Source of the DNA: Pseudogymnoascus verrucosus
Lineage: Eukaryota
Length of the DNA: 64,000 nucleotides
Assembly: GCA_001662655.1 (NCBI GenBank)
Contig: KV460222.1
Direction: 5' to 3' (one strand)
Part shown: one piece after another, positions 26,032-38,964 of the stretch
How positions within the stretch are numbered: the first letter of the stretch is position 1
Layout: each line of letters starts with the position of its first letter
Notes under the pieces: generated by a model
Database searches by the model: none
Told to the model about the DNA's origin: nothing
Seen by the model: only the letters and a program-made list of their open reading frames with translations
Program-made: the position numbers and the translations under genes

Positions 26032-26329
26032 TAAGTAATTTGGAGCTAGACTGTCTGTGCGACTAATTCATGAGCCTATCATGGTAGTGGGGGACCGATG
26101 GGCACCCAGAAGGCGGGGAAACACTACTCTCGTTCTCTATATCGGCTTTGGCGGGTACGCATCAGTCAGCCTACGGTAGCAAGATCAATAGCGTCGAATG
26201 TGTTCTACTACATGATTCCCTCAATATATTTGCGCAAGCTAGGGATATTCAAGCGTCGTACATTCACGGGTTCTTTTGCGTCTTAGAGTGTTCAATGTGA
26301 CAAGATATTTGCATTCGCAGTTTGAAATT

Positions 26330-28139
26330 TCACAAGAAACTTAAAGGCCCTATTTTGGTATATATCGCACTCACAACGATTGCACCGGCAGCGAGTACCC
26401 ACCCCATCGACATGAGACTCGAGGTCTGCTGAGTCTCTTCGATTATTCGGCCAATGTGCACTGGACCCTGGGACTGAAGTTGCGCTTTGTCACTCCCAGA
26501 CACAACAAAGTCATCCCAATCAACTACCGATGTCCGCTCCTGGTATTCAACAACAGTTCCACACCAATTGTTCGTGACCAGTCCATCAGCTGTCTTATAC
26601 CAGCTCTTACAGCTTGGGTTAGCAAATGTGCTGTTCTGTAGACGCTTTTGGATTTCGACATTATAGCTTTTGATACGCTGTGGGGCAGGGGCGATTGAAA
26701 GAGTGCCACCACTGGCACGTGCCTTCATGGTCGCTGAAATCAAAGTGTTGATATAGCGAGATTGTGCTTCTATCATAAGGATGATGGAATTGTGGCCTAG
26801 ATTCGTGTTGGGCCCGTAGAGCATCCCAAAGTTGGGAAGCCCTTCCACCGCGATCCCCAGGTAAGCCATTGCTCCATCCTTCCAAATATCTTCGATAGAT
26901 CGTCCATTGAGACCGGTGATTTTGATGGGATACATGAAATCGACTGTTCGGAAACCTGTCGCGAGGACTATCAAGTCGAACTCCTCAGCCTCGCCACCAG
27001 CCTTAATACCAGTAGAGCATACTTCCTCAATGGACCTTGTTTCAAGTCTGACGTTAGCCCTGTTTAAGGTTGGAAAGTAATCATCTGAGATGATAACCCT
27101 CTTGCAACCAGGCGGATAGTTGGGTGTTAATTGTTTCCTCAATGTAGCATTCTCTGGTATCTGTCGGTCCAACATTTCAAGTGACAGCTTTTTGAAGATG
27201 GAATTCATGGCCGAGTGTTCGTCGACGGCTGCATCGTAGAAGCTCTCACGATAATCCATGAGACCAGCGCGATAACGTTTACGAATTGTTGGGATATATT
27301 GATACATCCATTGCATCGTCCTGCTGATCGGCTTATCGTCTCGAGGAATCACCCAGTTTGGGGTTCTTTGGTAAACTGTGACATTCTTCGCAACCCCAGC
27401 AATTTCTGGTATGATTTGTGCGGCTGTGGCACCATTGCCGATGACCGCGATTCTCTTGTCCTTCAAATCAAACGAACGGTCCCACCGCGCTGAATGCATG
27501 GTTTTTCCTTGGAAAAGATCAAGGCCGTTGATGCTCGGATAAGCAGGCACATTAAGTTGACCCACTGCCGACACAAGAAAGTCACTTGTGATGGTGTAGG
27601 ACGGGGAATATTCGGCCTCCTTCTCACTAGCAGTGCGAACAACGGTCGACCATTGTTTGAGAGACTCATCCCAGGTCGCCTCTTCCACGACCGCATTGAA
27701 ACGAATATGCTCATAGAGGCCCCATGAATTAGCCACCCGGATAAGATATGCCAGGATCTCCTCTTGTGTTGGGTATTCTCGAGTCCATGAAGGATTTGGA
27801 TCAAAGGAATAAGAGTACAAATGACTCCATACTAGAGTGAGTTAGAAAAGTTATAATCTTTAATGTGGGAGCATATGGTTTACTGTCACAGCAGCATCCC
27901 GGGTATCTGTTGTCGTTCCAAGTCCCCCCAATTTGGCCGCCCTTCTCCACGATTATAAAATCTCGGCTTTTGTTCCTCTTTATCATGTCGATGGCGGTAC
28001 AAATGCCTAGGAGTGCGTTGTCAGCATCTGTATAACCGCCATCTCTTCTACATATTGTAGTTCAATGATCTCACGTACCTGAAGCTCCAGCACCGATAAT
28101 TAGGAGGGGCGTTCTGTTCTGATTGCGTGAGGTAGCCAT
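26330..28139 (-). CDS. Type I Baeyer-Villiger monooxygenase (3 exons)
   Basis: FAD motif [27 protein letters not shown] fingerprint [11 protein letters not shown] (FxGxxxHxxxW), NADPH motif [14 protein letters not shown]. Confidence 0.93.
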
Positions 28140-28495
28140 GATGATGATGAACGGAATACTGGTCGGGAGAGATACGAAAATCAAACTTCGAGTAATGAAT
28201 TGTTTGAAGAGCTCTAATATTTATCGGGTAGCACCACGTAGTTTATGTAAAACTCAGTTGCTGTCGAACTCTTGTCGCATTAAAGGCGATCGACTCAGCT
28301 ATTGTTCAGTTCAATATCGCCATGCTCCACACATCTCATGCCCCGCCAAACCCCTCACATTATTTAACGCTAGTTCGCCTGAGGGCATGAGTGCGACGTC
28401 GTACATTCCATATATTGAATATTCACAGTGGTCATTAAATGCATATTCTCACAATTGCTGGTTTACGGATTGATGGAGAGTTCCCGCGACTATCA

Positions 28496-28510
28496 TGCGC
28501 GACTCGCACA
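28496..28510. promoter_or_regulatory. Palindrome TGCGCGA-C-TCGCACA in the divergent BVMO/GMC promoter
   Basis: One mismatch to the consensus; a second variant GTGCGA-CG-TCGTACA lies at 28391-28405. Confidence 0.65.
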
Positions 28511-28807
28511 AATAGCATCCACTACTCTTAGCCCCACTTAATACCCCGCGATCTGGTCTCCCCTGCAATCTCGTCGTGGACTGTCCTTGTGATCTTCATC
28601 CTAGACCTTTGCCTGCATGAAAAGTGCAATCTAGATGCGGAGATGGGGTCGCACCCGATGGTCGACGAAATGGATGGCGGTGATAAAAAGTACTGTGTCC
28701 GGCGCACCCCCCGCAGAATAAATGTATGACGGCACAACCATACGAACTTTTTACCCCCCTATTTACTCTACACTCACAAGTGTGATAACACAATCGCATT
28801 AGATACT

Positions 28808-30919
28808 ATGACTATCTCTAACAATGTCGCGGACCACATAACAGAGGTAGATATCCTCATTGCTGGAGGTACGTCGGTCCATATCCATAATACTTTATCA
28901 CCAATACGACTCTAATCGTCCTGGCCTATATCTAGGGGGAACTGCTGCTTGTGTCCTTGCTGGGCGTCTTGCCAAACTCGACCCCTCACTGTCCATTTTA
29001 CTAGTTGAGGGTGGCAAAAACAATCATAATGACCTTACCGTCAATTGTCCGGCGCTCTTCCTTAAACACCTTGCACCAGACAGCAAGACCGCGATCTTTT
29101 ACAAAGGAAACAAAAGCGATGCCTTGGCTGGCAGAGAGCCGATTGTACCAACCGGAGGCATACTTGGCGGTGGATCATCTATAAATTTTATGATGTAATC
29201 CTCCTCGTCTTATGAATCTTAACTTCTCTCACTGTTATAGGTACACGAGGGCCCAGGGCGTCGATTTTGATAGCTTCAAAACCGAGGGCTGGACGCAACA
29301 AGATCTGCTACCCTTATTGAAGAAGGTGGGCACCCATGAGAAAATAGTTTAGAAGTCTGACCTAATATATGATAGCTCGAGACATTTCATTCGGATGATC
29401 CTATCATTGATCGAAATCTTCATGGCTATGATGGCCCCATCCATGTATCAAGCGGAACTCATCGAGCCACTCGTGCAGAGAGAGAGTTTCTCGAAGTTGC
29501 CTCGACACAAGGTTGGCCAGAGATAGTCGACCTTCAGGATCTCCAACAAAATAATGGGTTCTCAAGCTGGCAGCGTTATGTTAGCCCTGACGGAAGTATA
29601 TTACCCATTATATAAAGCTTCACTTATGGATTAAGGGCTAACACGCTTCAGAACGGCAAGATTCTGCACACAGATACATCCATGACTTGTTAGAACATGG
29701 AGACTACCCAAACCTTCACGTCCTCACGGAAACCCTGGTTAGCCGTGTCATCTTCGATGCCAAACGTGCAGTAGGTCTTGAGGTTGAGCCTAATATGGTT
29801 CACCGACCTCTCACCGGCCTCAGCAAACATCCCCGCACGCGCATTACAGCTAGGAAAACGGTTGTCATCGCTGCCGGTGCATTGGGCACCCCTCAGATCC
29901 TTGAACGATCCGGCGTTGGAGAGGAGAATCATCTTAAGAGTCTTGGGATTCCCGTCGTCGCTGATCTCCCTGGCGTGGGAGCGAACTACCAAGATCACCA
30001 CCTTACCCTTTTGCCATATAAGACCAGTCTTGCGCCAGATGAGACCATCGACGCGCTCCTATCTGGCAGGCTGGATTTAGAAGCTGCGGTTAAGGAGAAG
30101 AATCCTATTCTAGGCTGGAATTCCGTCGACATCTCCTCGAAGCTACGACCGCGAGATGACGAAGTTGCAGCACTTGGGCCCGAGTTCCAAGCAGCATGGG
30201 ACAGAGACTTCAAAGACTCACCATCGAGACCTTTAATGCTCATGGGCATTGTTTCTGCCTTTTTAGGGGACCCAAGTTCTGTTCCTGCTGGACAATACTC
30301 CACGGTCGGCTGCTATACAGGCTACCCATACTCTCGCGGCTCCATCCATATTAGTGGTGAATCGGTTTACGACCCTCCGTCATTTGAAACCGGATTTCTC
30401 AGTGACAAAGATGACCTTGACCTTAAGGCTCAGGTCTGGGCATATAAGCGCCAGCGAGAGATTTGTCGACGTCTCAGCACCTACCGTGGTGAACTACAGA
30501 TTGGGCATCCCAAATTCTCGACCGGAAGTGCTGCAGCTTTGGTGTCTTTTGAGGATGGTGCGCAGCCTGAAAACCGTAGTATGGAGGACCGCTGTAAAAT
30601 GCCCAATATCGAGTACTCGGCCGAAGACGACAAAGCCATTGCGCAGTACGTCCGCGAGAACCTGAACACCACCTGGCACTCGCTGGGTACCTGTGCGATG
30701 CGGCCCCTGCAAGGTGGCGGTGTCGTAGACAAGGATCTAAACGTTTATGGCGTGGAAGGCCTTAAGCTCTGTGATCTCTCGATCATTCCCGAGAATGTTG
30801 GTGCCAACACCAACAACACCGCACTCTTAGTTGGGGAAAAGGCCGCGGCTATTCTAGCTACAGAGTTGGGCCTCACCGATGGGGAAGGCGCGAAGGGGAA
30901 CCGAACAACCCAGTTATAG
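28808..30919 (+). CDS. GMC oxidoreductase, alcohol-oxidase-like (multi-exon)
   Basis: DILIAGGGTAACVLAGRL, GGILGGGSSINFMMYTR, GVGANYQDH, TTWHSLGTC and ANTNNTA (catalytic His/Asn). No signal peptide seen. Confidence 0.93.
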
Positions 30920-31735
30920 TCGCATGCCATAGATCATGTAAATAAGGAGGGTCATCCTGGTTGGCGCCCTACATAAATGCTATGAATACTTTACAATAAG
31001 GTTCTAAAAGCGTTGGTCGCTCGCGAGTTTAGCCACTACAAACTCAAGCGTGGGGGTCTCAACGACTACATCTTGGAATTAAATAAAAACAAGCATATTT
31101 TATAACTGACTTGGAGCACCATAGTTTTAATATTTAATACTAGAACCCTCTGTCATAATGCAAAAGCAAGTCTCTTATAATTGTAGCAGCCGGTGCAAAT
31201 TGGAACTTATGAGATTTGTGCTCCTGTCTTGCTGGAGGTACAGAGCTTAAGTAGGGAGCTCTGCAGTTCGTAACAGTAGCCTGTATTAGGGCCCGCGAAA
31301 GTTCGGAAATTAAGCTTCTTAAGGCCCCTAGCCGAGGGCCTAGCTGGAACTTGCTCCGCCCAAACTTTGGGCTCGAAGTGGCTGTTCATTGGGGAATTGA
31401 GGTCACAGGTGTGCTGGGTAGGCCTTAAGCCTTGAAATCTCTGTTGCTGTCTTGCCAACTTTATGCCAAACTCAAGATGCAGACCGTTTAGCAATTGAGG
31501 GCCCACGGCAACTTGTCTTAGCTTCCGTACACAAGGCATTTCTGAAGATATTAATTGAATGCTATCATTCTATACTATGGATACATCGAGGTTGATGAGT
31601 AGTACCCCGCTCTGGGGGCGCGTTTAGTGGCTGAAGAGTAACAAGTACTTCCAGCACCTAGCTGTATACGTCATATCATATTGAATCTAGCCAACCACGA
31701 TGATCTCCCCGCTACCATATGCCCCGCTTCATGCA

Positions 31736-31750
31736 TGTGCGAGTCGCACA
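31736..31750. promoter_or_regulatory. Palindrome TGTGCGA-G-TCGCACA upstream of the bZIP gene
   Basis: Perfect 7+7 inverted repeat ~190 bp upstream of the first ATG. Confidence 0.7.
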
Positions 31751-31940
31751 GGTCGTGCGGAGTCTACACAATCCGGGGCCCCGCGTTTCCTATTCATAGA
31801 TCTTCCGCCCCTAACGTCCAATGTCAGAAGACGCGGATAGAGCAACGAACACATCTTCCACTCACCTGGATGAGAACCCTGACACGCTATTACTGTATGT
31901 CAATTCAAGGTTCTTACAGTCGACCATCAATATATAATAT

Positions 31941-33618
31941 ATGCTAGCTATCATGCCGAAGACCCCGAAGACGCAGGCGCGTGCGACTACGGTGTTTGAC
32001 GGCGATTCGAAATGCCAGGCTCCCGTGAAGCCCTGGAGCTCAGGGCGCGTCATGACCAAGGAGCAACGGGCGAGGAAACGGGCAGTGGACAGGCTGGCAC
32101 AGCGAGGAAAACGGCGGGAGAGAGAGGCGCGAATCACACAGTTGGAGGCGGAACTCGCAGCAGCACGGTGCAGCCAGTCAGCTTACACGGCCCGTCCTAA
32201 CCAGGGCGAGGAAGAGAGAGTCCACAATGCCCTCCAATTCGATACTGTGGTTGCAGATATGGACTTAGCACACATTATAGACCCCGCGGTCTGGTTCGAA
32301 CCGCAAGCAGCCGGCTTGAATGCGAGCGAAGCCCGCGATCCTACTGAGCACGATCTCATTGAGCAGCTGTCGCCATCTGCCTTTATGCCAACAGCCCACA
32401 TCACTCAAAACGCCCTCGCGGGAGCGATTCTGCCAAGTGAACATTATACGCCGCACACATTTGCCCTGCCATCGCCCAACAATTTGCTGCATACATCGCG
32501 GATTGACGACGCTCTCCGCCGACAATCCAGTTGCAGTTCGATGATCAATTCGTCATTCGGCATCGATATCTTTGCTAGCAATAGTGCCGCCGACCTGCAG
32601 TACCTCTCGCCATTGGAGGACGGATATGAAAGCCAGACTATAACTGAGGGCCCGATATTTAGCCCTCTGCCCGTCTTCTCAAATACAAATACTACGACCA
32701 CACAGCCATACGAAAGTAGGAAAATAACAGCATCCTGCAACGTCGAGCTGAGTAGGGTGCTCCATCTACATAGGAGAGATGTTATCCTGCAGGAGCAAGC
32801 CAACGAGGATTTCCTTATTCGGGCGATTCTCTACGGCTGGGAGACCGTGGAGTGTCAGCATACAATATGTCCACTCCGGCGAACGCTGCGTCGAATTGAC
32901 GATCTTATTTTCCGTGATACTAGCGATATCACGAGGCTAGTCATGCTGGCTACTATTTACAAGATGCTTATCGTGAGTAAAGCCTGGCGTTCTTATAATA
33001 ATAGGGCATTGCCTAACTGAAAGGATGAAATAGTGTCGAGTCAAAGCCGAGTCATATCAAGAATTACCACAATGGTATAGACCTCGGTACAGTGCCCTCT
33101 AAATTTTCCTGATATCCGGTCACTAATAATAAATAGACCGACACAGAAACAATTCCCACACGACTATGTGATGGACTACTTCGCCTGGTTAGCTTTTGCC
33201 CTTCATCTCTTCCTGCGCTCTCTGCTTATAACTAAATCACAGGCCCGGTCTGCGCGAGCGGCTCGTGCTATCAGAACGGTACATCCTCACCGAGAGTTTC
33301 TGGCAGACTTTTGCTCATTCCTTCCGATTCCACTGGCCGTATGGTCTCGGGGAGGCATTTGCCACGGACAAGAAATCTGGCTATGTCCGATTCTCTGGCA
33401 CATTCTGGAACCACCTCCTAGAAATCCGTCACTGGCGCATGGACGTTGGTTTTTTAGAGATGTTCCCTGAGTTCTACGATGATGTTACTCCAGTGGAGAA
33501 GATTTGCCCTCAGTTGGAGTTGCCCCGTCGGACTAGTTGTTGGAATACAGAACTGTGGGAAGATGAGAGGAATGGAGAGGGACAGAGTGGTGCGAGATCA
33601 TCGCAGGGGTTGGATTAG
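31941..33618 (+). CDS. bZIP-like transcription factor with C-terminal DUF3425-like domain (4 exons)
   Basis: Basic region RARKRAVDRLAQRGKRREREARITQLEAEL; spliced C-terminus LPQWYRPRPTQ...PHDYVMDYFAWPGLRERL. Confidence 0.82.
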
Positions 33619-33689
33619 TACATAAACCGTGGTTTAGAAGCTGTATAAGTTGGACTAAAATACCATATTAATTTATAATACCGACAGAA

Positions 33690-34949
33690 TTATTTAAACC
33701 CTTTAACTCTCTTAAACTCCCATACTCTCCCGGCCGTTGAAGTCTCCAATACAGGCGCGTATTCCAGGACAGACTCAATAAATACCAACACCAACATGAC
33801 ACTTACCTTCCCCGCCTGTCCCTGTAGAACCAGCGTATCGTTCATCAGCCCGACCCCAAATGCCGACTGCTCCATTTTAACCTCCACCACAGGTGGCTAA
33901 ACTCACTACGCGTCAGCCGATCTCCTTTAAAAACAAATACGTGAGGATATCCAGAAAACGGGAAACTGAAGAGAACCTACGCGGTCAACACGATGCGGGT
34001 TTCCTCTACACCACCGCTTTAGATAGGCTTCCATGCACTCTAAGCTGGGCGCATGGCTTCCCTGGATAACAACGCGGTTATCCATATCCTGGCTCACAAG
34101 GAGCCAGTAAGGGGGCCTCCTGAGCAGCTCTTCTGGGCGGGGAATGAGAGCAAGGTCTGGGAGCCGGTCACTGGCGCTTTCTTGGGCCGCGATGCTTTGA
34201 CGTGGAAGAGCCGCAGGCGTGCGGTTTTGGGGTTCGATCGAGACGTCAGCCCATTCGGGGTCTTCGGATGCAATGGTTGAGACTGGAGCATCGAGAGATG
34301 ATGAAGAGAGTGGCGCGAAGAGAGAGAGAAAGTCTGATGAGAGACCTGCGTGGATTGTGCCGGCTGGGGGTAGTACGGCTTTTGGGAGTCCGATGACGAA
34401 GAGCTGTTTGCCTGGAAGCCATGCCGTGGAGGGCCTTGTTCCTGTCGTCAATACCTGTTGAACTACTTAGTAACCGCCGCAGCTGCATCGCCTTCCCCAC
34501 TTCTTGAATCGTTCTCTGCTCACAGAATAAAGAAAGAGCCCAACAGAAGAAGCATAAGAGAGCTAGGACTCACCTCAACAACAACCTTCACCACGGGATT
34601 CATCTCCTCCAACAACCTTTCCACGCCATCCTCATTCTCTTCGGCCTCTAGCCACGCAGTAAACACATCACACCACGAGACGATAACCCTTGCGATACCA
34701 GGGATGAATGTCGCGGGATCATCGTAGTACGGCTGTAACGCAGCCCAGAGAATTGGCCATTCCGGATCGAGAGAGATGGGGTATCCGATTGTCTTTCCCA
34801 GGCTGGCGGTGCGGATGGCAACGGCAGAAGTCGGGGAGGTGACAAGGTCACGGATGTTGCTGCGCAGACGCAGTGGCCTGAAAATAGCTGAGAGTTAGAT
34901 TAACGAGCGGAAAAATAGACGAAGGGCCATACAGGGTAGCTGATGCCAT
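33690..34949 (-). CDS. Hypothetical fungal protein (4 exons)
   Basis: Spliced model MASATLPLRLRSNIRD...DPEWPILWAAL...LPDLALIPRPEELL...SHAPSLECMEAYLKRW...SAFG; introns have consistent phases. Confidence 0.65.
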
Positions 34950-35492
34950 TTTATCGGTTTTGGGAATAGGTGCGTAGTGGTGTATGGGCCGAGTTGCGGG
35001 CGGGGGGTCTTTGAGCTACGAGTGAGCGTTGTGTCTCCCTTGCATTCAGGACCAGAGGTTGCAGCGGGGAAGTCGGAAGCAATTAATACGAATTGACCCT
35101 TGTAGGTTCGTGAGTGATGGGTTCTGCCTTGGAGCTCAGCTCCTGTAGCCAAGGCTGAGCTTGTAAACGCCCCACGGCACGGCTATATTGCAGCATCAAG
35201 CCACGCTCGCCAAGGCCATACGTGTGATAACTGCGATTGCTAATAGGGTAATATTTTACTGTAGCTAACTGGTTCTGATGAAAACAGGCGGGGACGGGAT
35301 TGAACAGGTTAGATTGATTTATATTCTATCCTGGTCGCGTTTGATGGCCTACTCTAGCTTATACTGTAATCTTAATATTCTACCAGAAGGTTATCCTATG
35401 CTCATTTCTCTACCTACAGAAACTAGCCTATTCTACGGCATAAATAGTGGTCATCTAAAAAGGCTATAGAGCAGAGCAACATATGTGACAGT

Positions 35493-36590
35493 TTATAGGA
35501 TATCCATGAGCTTGCTAGCAGCATCATGGACATTTGTGCCAAAGTAGCTAGGGGTGGTCTAACCGATAGTTTTTAGTATCTGTTCAAACACATTTATGAG
35601 TGGGAACAGCTTACCTGAATGACCAAATCCCCATTGTCCAGGGTGATCTCGTTATAGCTCGACTGGCCAGTCGTCAACTTGTCGACGATTCTTAGCTTGA
35701 GAACTCCATTTGGCGCCGCCTCCTCTAGCCCCTCTCTCAGCATCTCGTCCTCGTGAAACTTCTGGTAAGTAAGTGCACTGACGAAACCTTCGAAGTAGCT
35801 TGTCGCGAAGTTGCCAAGGTTCGTCTCCCAATCGTCTCTCACGTCCTTTCCCCCTTTCAGGCCAGCAGCCAGCTGCTCCCAAGAAGGGTCAAACGCGAAC
35901 TTCTCATTTTGCAGTGCCTTGCGCGCCTGCTCGAGGTAGGAACCAATCTTCTCGTCGTAGTTGGTCTTGATGGAGTTGCGTGCGGTATAGCTAAGTGGCG
36001 AGGCGCCCTCGGGTTGTGGGGCGGCAGAGAGAGTCTCAGCGAGCTTCTGGCCCGCTTGGTCGATGTTAGTACCGAGGCAGGTGGGGTTGAAGAGGAGGCG
36101 CAGTTTGCCCTCTTCGATGTCGGTGCCGCAGTAGCTGAACTTGGGTGATGCAACGAGGGTAATGGTGTGGGTTGGGGCGACGGTGTTAAGCTCGGTCTTG
36201 CCTTCCTCGCCGTGCTGGGAAAGGAAGTACTTCAACTGGTAAATGAACCCGTCGATGTAGCTGGCAATTCATTAATTCAGTCTCAAGGTGGGATTGAATT
36301 AGAAAATGCTAAGACTCACGCATAAATGCAGTCGCCGAGGGAACTGTGTCCGTAAGACCCCTCCTCTGCGTAGGGATAGATGGCGAGTGGGTTGACGTCG
36401 AACGTCCAGGCTTCCCCGAGCAGGGTTAGAAGCTGGGCTTCGAGTTCTGGCTTCTTGTTCTCCCAGCTATCGCGCACTATCCAGGCCAATTAGTCAAGTC
36501 TTTAAATATACTGGCAAGATGGTGGGGTGACTTACCATTTTTGCGGATAGCAAGAGGAAGCTTATCTGCGGGGGCTTTATCGGCAGACAT
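35493..36590 (-). CDS. Hypothetical fungal protein with an internally duplicated domain (4 exons)
   Basis: MSADKAPADKLPLAIRKNVRDSWE...; second unit LSYTARNSIKTNYDE.... Both units end similarly (GKLRLLFNPTCLGTNIDQAG vs GDLVIQTTPSYFGTNVHDAA). Confidence 0.8.
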
Positions 36591-37472
36591 AGTTTCTAGT
36601 ATAACTGGAGGACGAGAGGGGGTATTTTGTACGAATGAGAGAAAGAGCTGGTTTGTAAAATGAAGAGTGTCCTGTTTGTTTGGAGGAAGGTCCCAACCTT
36701 TTATGTACAGCTTAACCCGTCACTCCCGACCTCGTCCTCTCAGCTGGAAAGCCTCACAAAGCGCCTCTGTCAATAGCTTCTTGGCTTTACGGAACTTTCC
36801 TGTGACAAGCTGTGGGTCGCCATATTGTGGTGTAATACCCCTCACCTTACCATATTATATTTGTGGGTGTACGACGCCACAGACGGCTTGGGTTCAAAAC
36901 AAACTATTTAAAAGGGGTCTGTGCAATCCAGGCACCGGCCAGCGGATAAGAAGATCTCGAGACTACCCCAGCCTTACCACAGCCTTGTCGACGGCAAAAT
37001 TGTTCCAAACTATAATATTCAATTAATTATGACAACAACAGTTTAATGCCTAATAACTCATAATCAGCCTTGCCATTCGCCCTGAATGGATCGCTTTATA
37101 TGGCGAACCAGAGTAGCGCTTTCACGTTTCACGATGGGAATAAAAGCAGGGGCGGCTCATAGAAGCATTCTTGGCACGGACCCTGCTTGAGACCCCTGTT
37201 GTCTGCTGCTGCCTGTTACCAGGGGAAGCACTTTTGTCACCTGCAGGACAGAAAGGAATGCGAAAGCACATCGTGGATGCTCCTCGACAAAGCTGGACGC
37301 ATCATATCACAACGTGGTAGAAGCAAATGGAGGGAACAATTAAAACTGCATTGATGCAGAGCCCCTCAAAAGCGAGAATAGAATCTACAGAATAGGCAAA
37401 CTGGTAACGTTTACATGGTAGCTCACAGCAACCCTCCCCCCAAACCAAAACTCTAACTAAAAATCCCTTAGC

Positions 37473-38964
37473 TCACTGCCCCTTGGCTCCATGCTTCTTA
37501 GCTGCCTCCTTCCCAGATTTTGGCTTCTTGAACCCAAGCTTGGCAAACCCAGGTATGTTTCTATTCTCACCGCCAGAAGTGAAAGTGGCTGTCATGATCG
37601 CAGACGTCACAGACGAAGTACCATTTACTGTACAAGACACAATATTAGCAGATGCGCTCAAAACCACAGAAGCTGTACCATACCAGTAGCGGTCACGCTC
37701 GCAGAACCAACATCTGTCCCGACGACGCCCGGAGGCGCAGTGCCACTCGGTCCTCCACCAGACGGCATGGTGCCATTACCCATTGCTCCGCCGCCACTGC
37801 CTCCACCAACATTTCCACCACCCTCAACAGCATGTCCGCCATCGGCTGCAAGCTCAGCTGCTGGCGACGCCGTATATGTCGCGGTGCTATTAACCGCAAG
37901 CGAAATCCACATGAAGAGTCCATCTACCACCGTCTCTCCAAGGAGCACATAGTTCAGCATCGGATCGGAGTCGTTCACCAGCTCGCCCTGCACGACGCGG
38001 TCCTCGGCGTTCGTGGTGATTGCGATTGTGTTAGTAGAGTACGGGCTCAGCGCCTCAACCTCGGTAATCAGGTCCTGATCGAAGAAGAACTGTCCGATGT
38101 GCGCGATGGTGCCGCCGGTGTACGTGTTGTTTGACAGGACCTCGCCGTTGAGGTGCGCTTCAACGTGGACGTGTGTTGCGCGCCCGGAGTAGTGGCCGGG
38201 GAAGATGGAGGTGAACTGCGCGACACCGTTTTCGTCAGTGGCCTGCAGGCCGCGGAGGAAGGTGGCGTCGATATTGGAGGCATCGGTGGAGTCGCCGTTT
38301 CCTTGCGAGATGACGCCGGCGTAGACGCCGGTGGAGTTGCAGTGCCAGATGTCGGCTGTGAGGTCGACGATGGGGAGGCAGGTCGAGATGTCGATGAATT
38401 GCAGGTCGAGGATAACTTCGACACCCGGCTGGTCGTCTCTGATGTCAGAGCGAACGTACTCTCCTTGGACATCTGAAGAGGTTAACAGGGGCGATGAGGA
38501 GCGGTCGGGGGTAGGTACAGAAGGGGCCTTCTTCTCCTTCAGGCGAGAGGAGGCACGATGAGTTGGAGAAGATGATATCTTCCACGCCTGAAGTGGTCGG
38601 GCTAACATCCAAGGAGGATAGGTGAGATTCGTCCGTGGCATCTCTTCTCACGACCTCGCGACGTTCTAGAATAAGTGTTAGTTCTGTTACAGTCAAGAGT
38701 GTCTGGGGAAGGCTCACTCAGGGGCAAACCGCGATCAGCCCGAGCCTTCGCAATGGCATCCTCCCGGCGCTTGACGGACGCATCTTCTACACCGCGCTTG
38801 CGGAGGGCATCAGCGCAGTGGGAGAGGTCGCGACGGGCAGAGTTCTTCAGAAATGCATTCCGCTCGGCGATCTCCTGGGAAATGTCGTGTTCGGGATGGG
38901 CGACAACCTGCGTGGCAAGGACGGCCGCGACGGCGGCAACGAAGGCCTTGGAAAAGTAGACCAT
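37473..38964 (-). CDS. Secreted intradiol ring-cleavage dioxygenase-like protein (4 exons)
   Basis: Signal peptide MVYFSKAFVAAVAAVLATQVVA, EGPFY, DIWHCNSTGVY, FLRG, FPGHYSGRATHVH, GQFFFD. Last intron ~37683-37628 adds a Ser/Thr then Lys-rich tail. Confidence 0.88.

Noticed and set aside
30935..30944. CATGTAAATA Puf3-type element just after the GMC stop codon
   Set aside because: A single short AT-rich motif is expected by chance; the Puf gene in the same window is not evidence.
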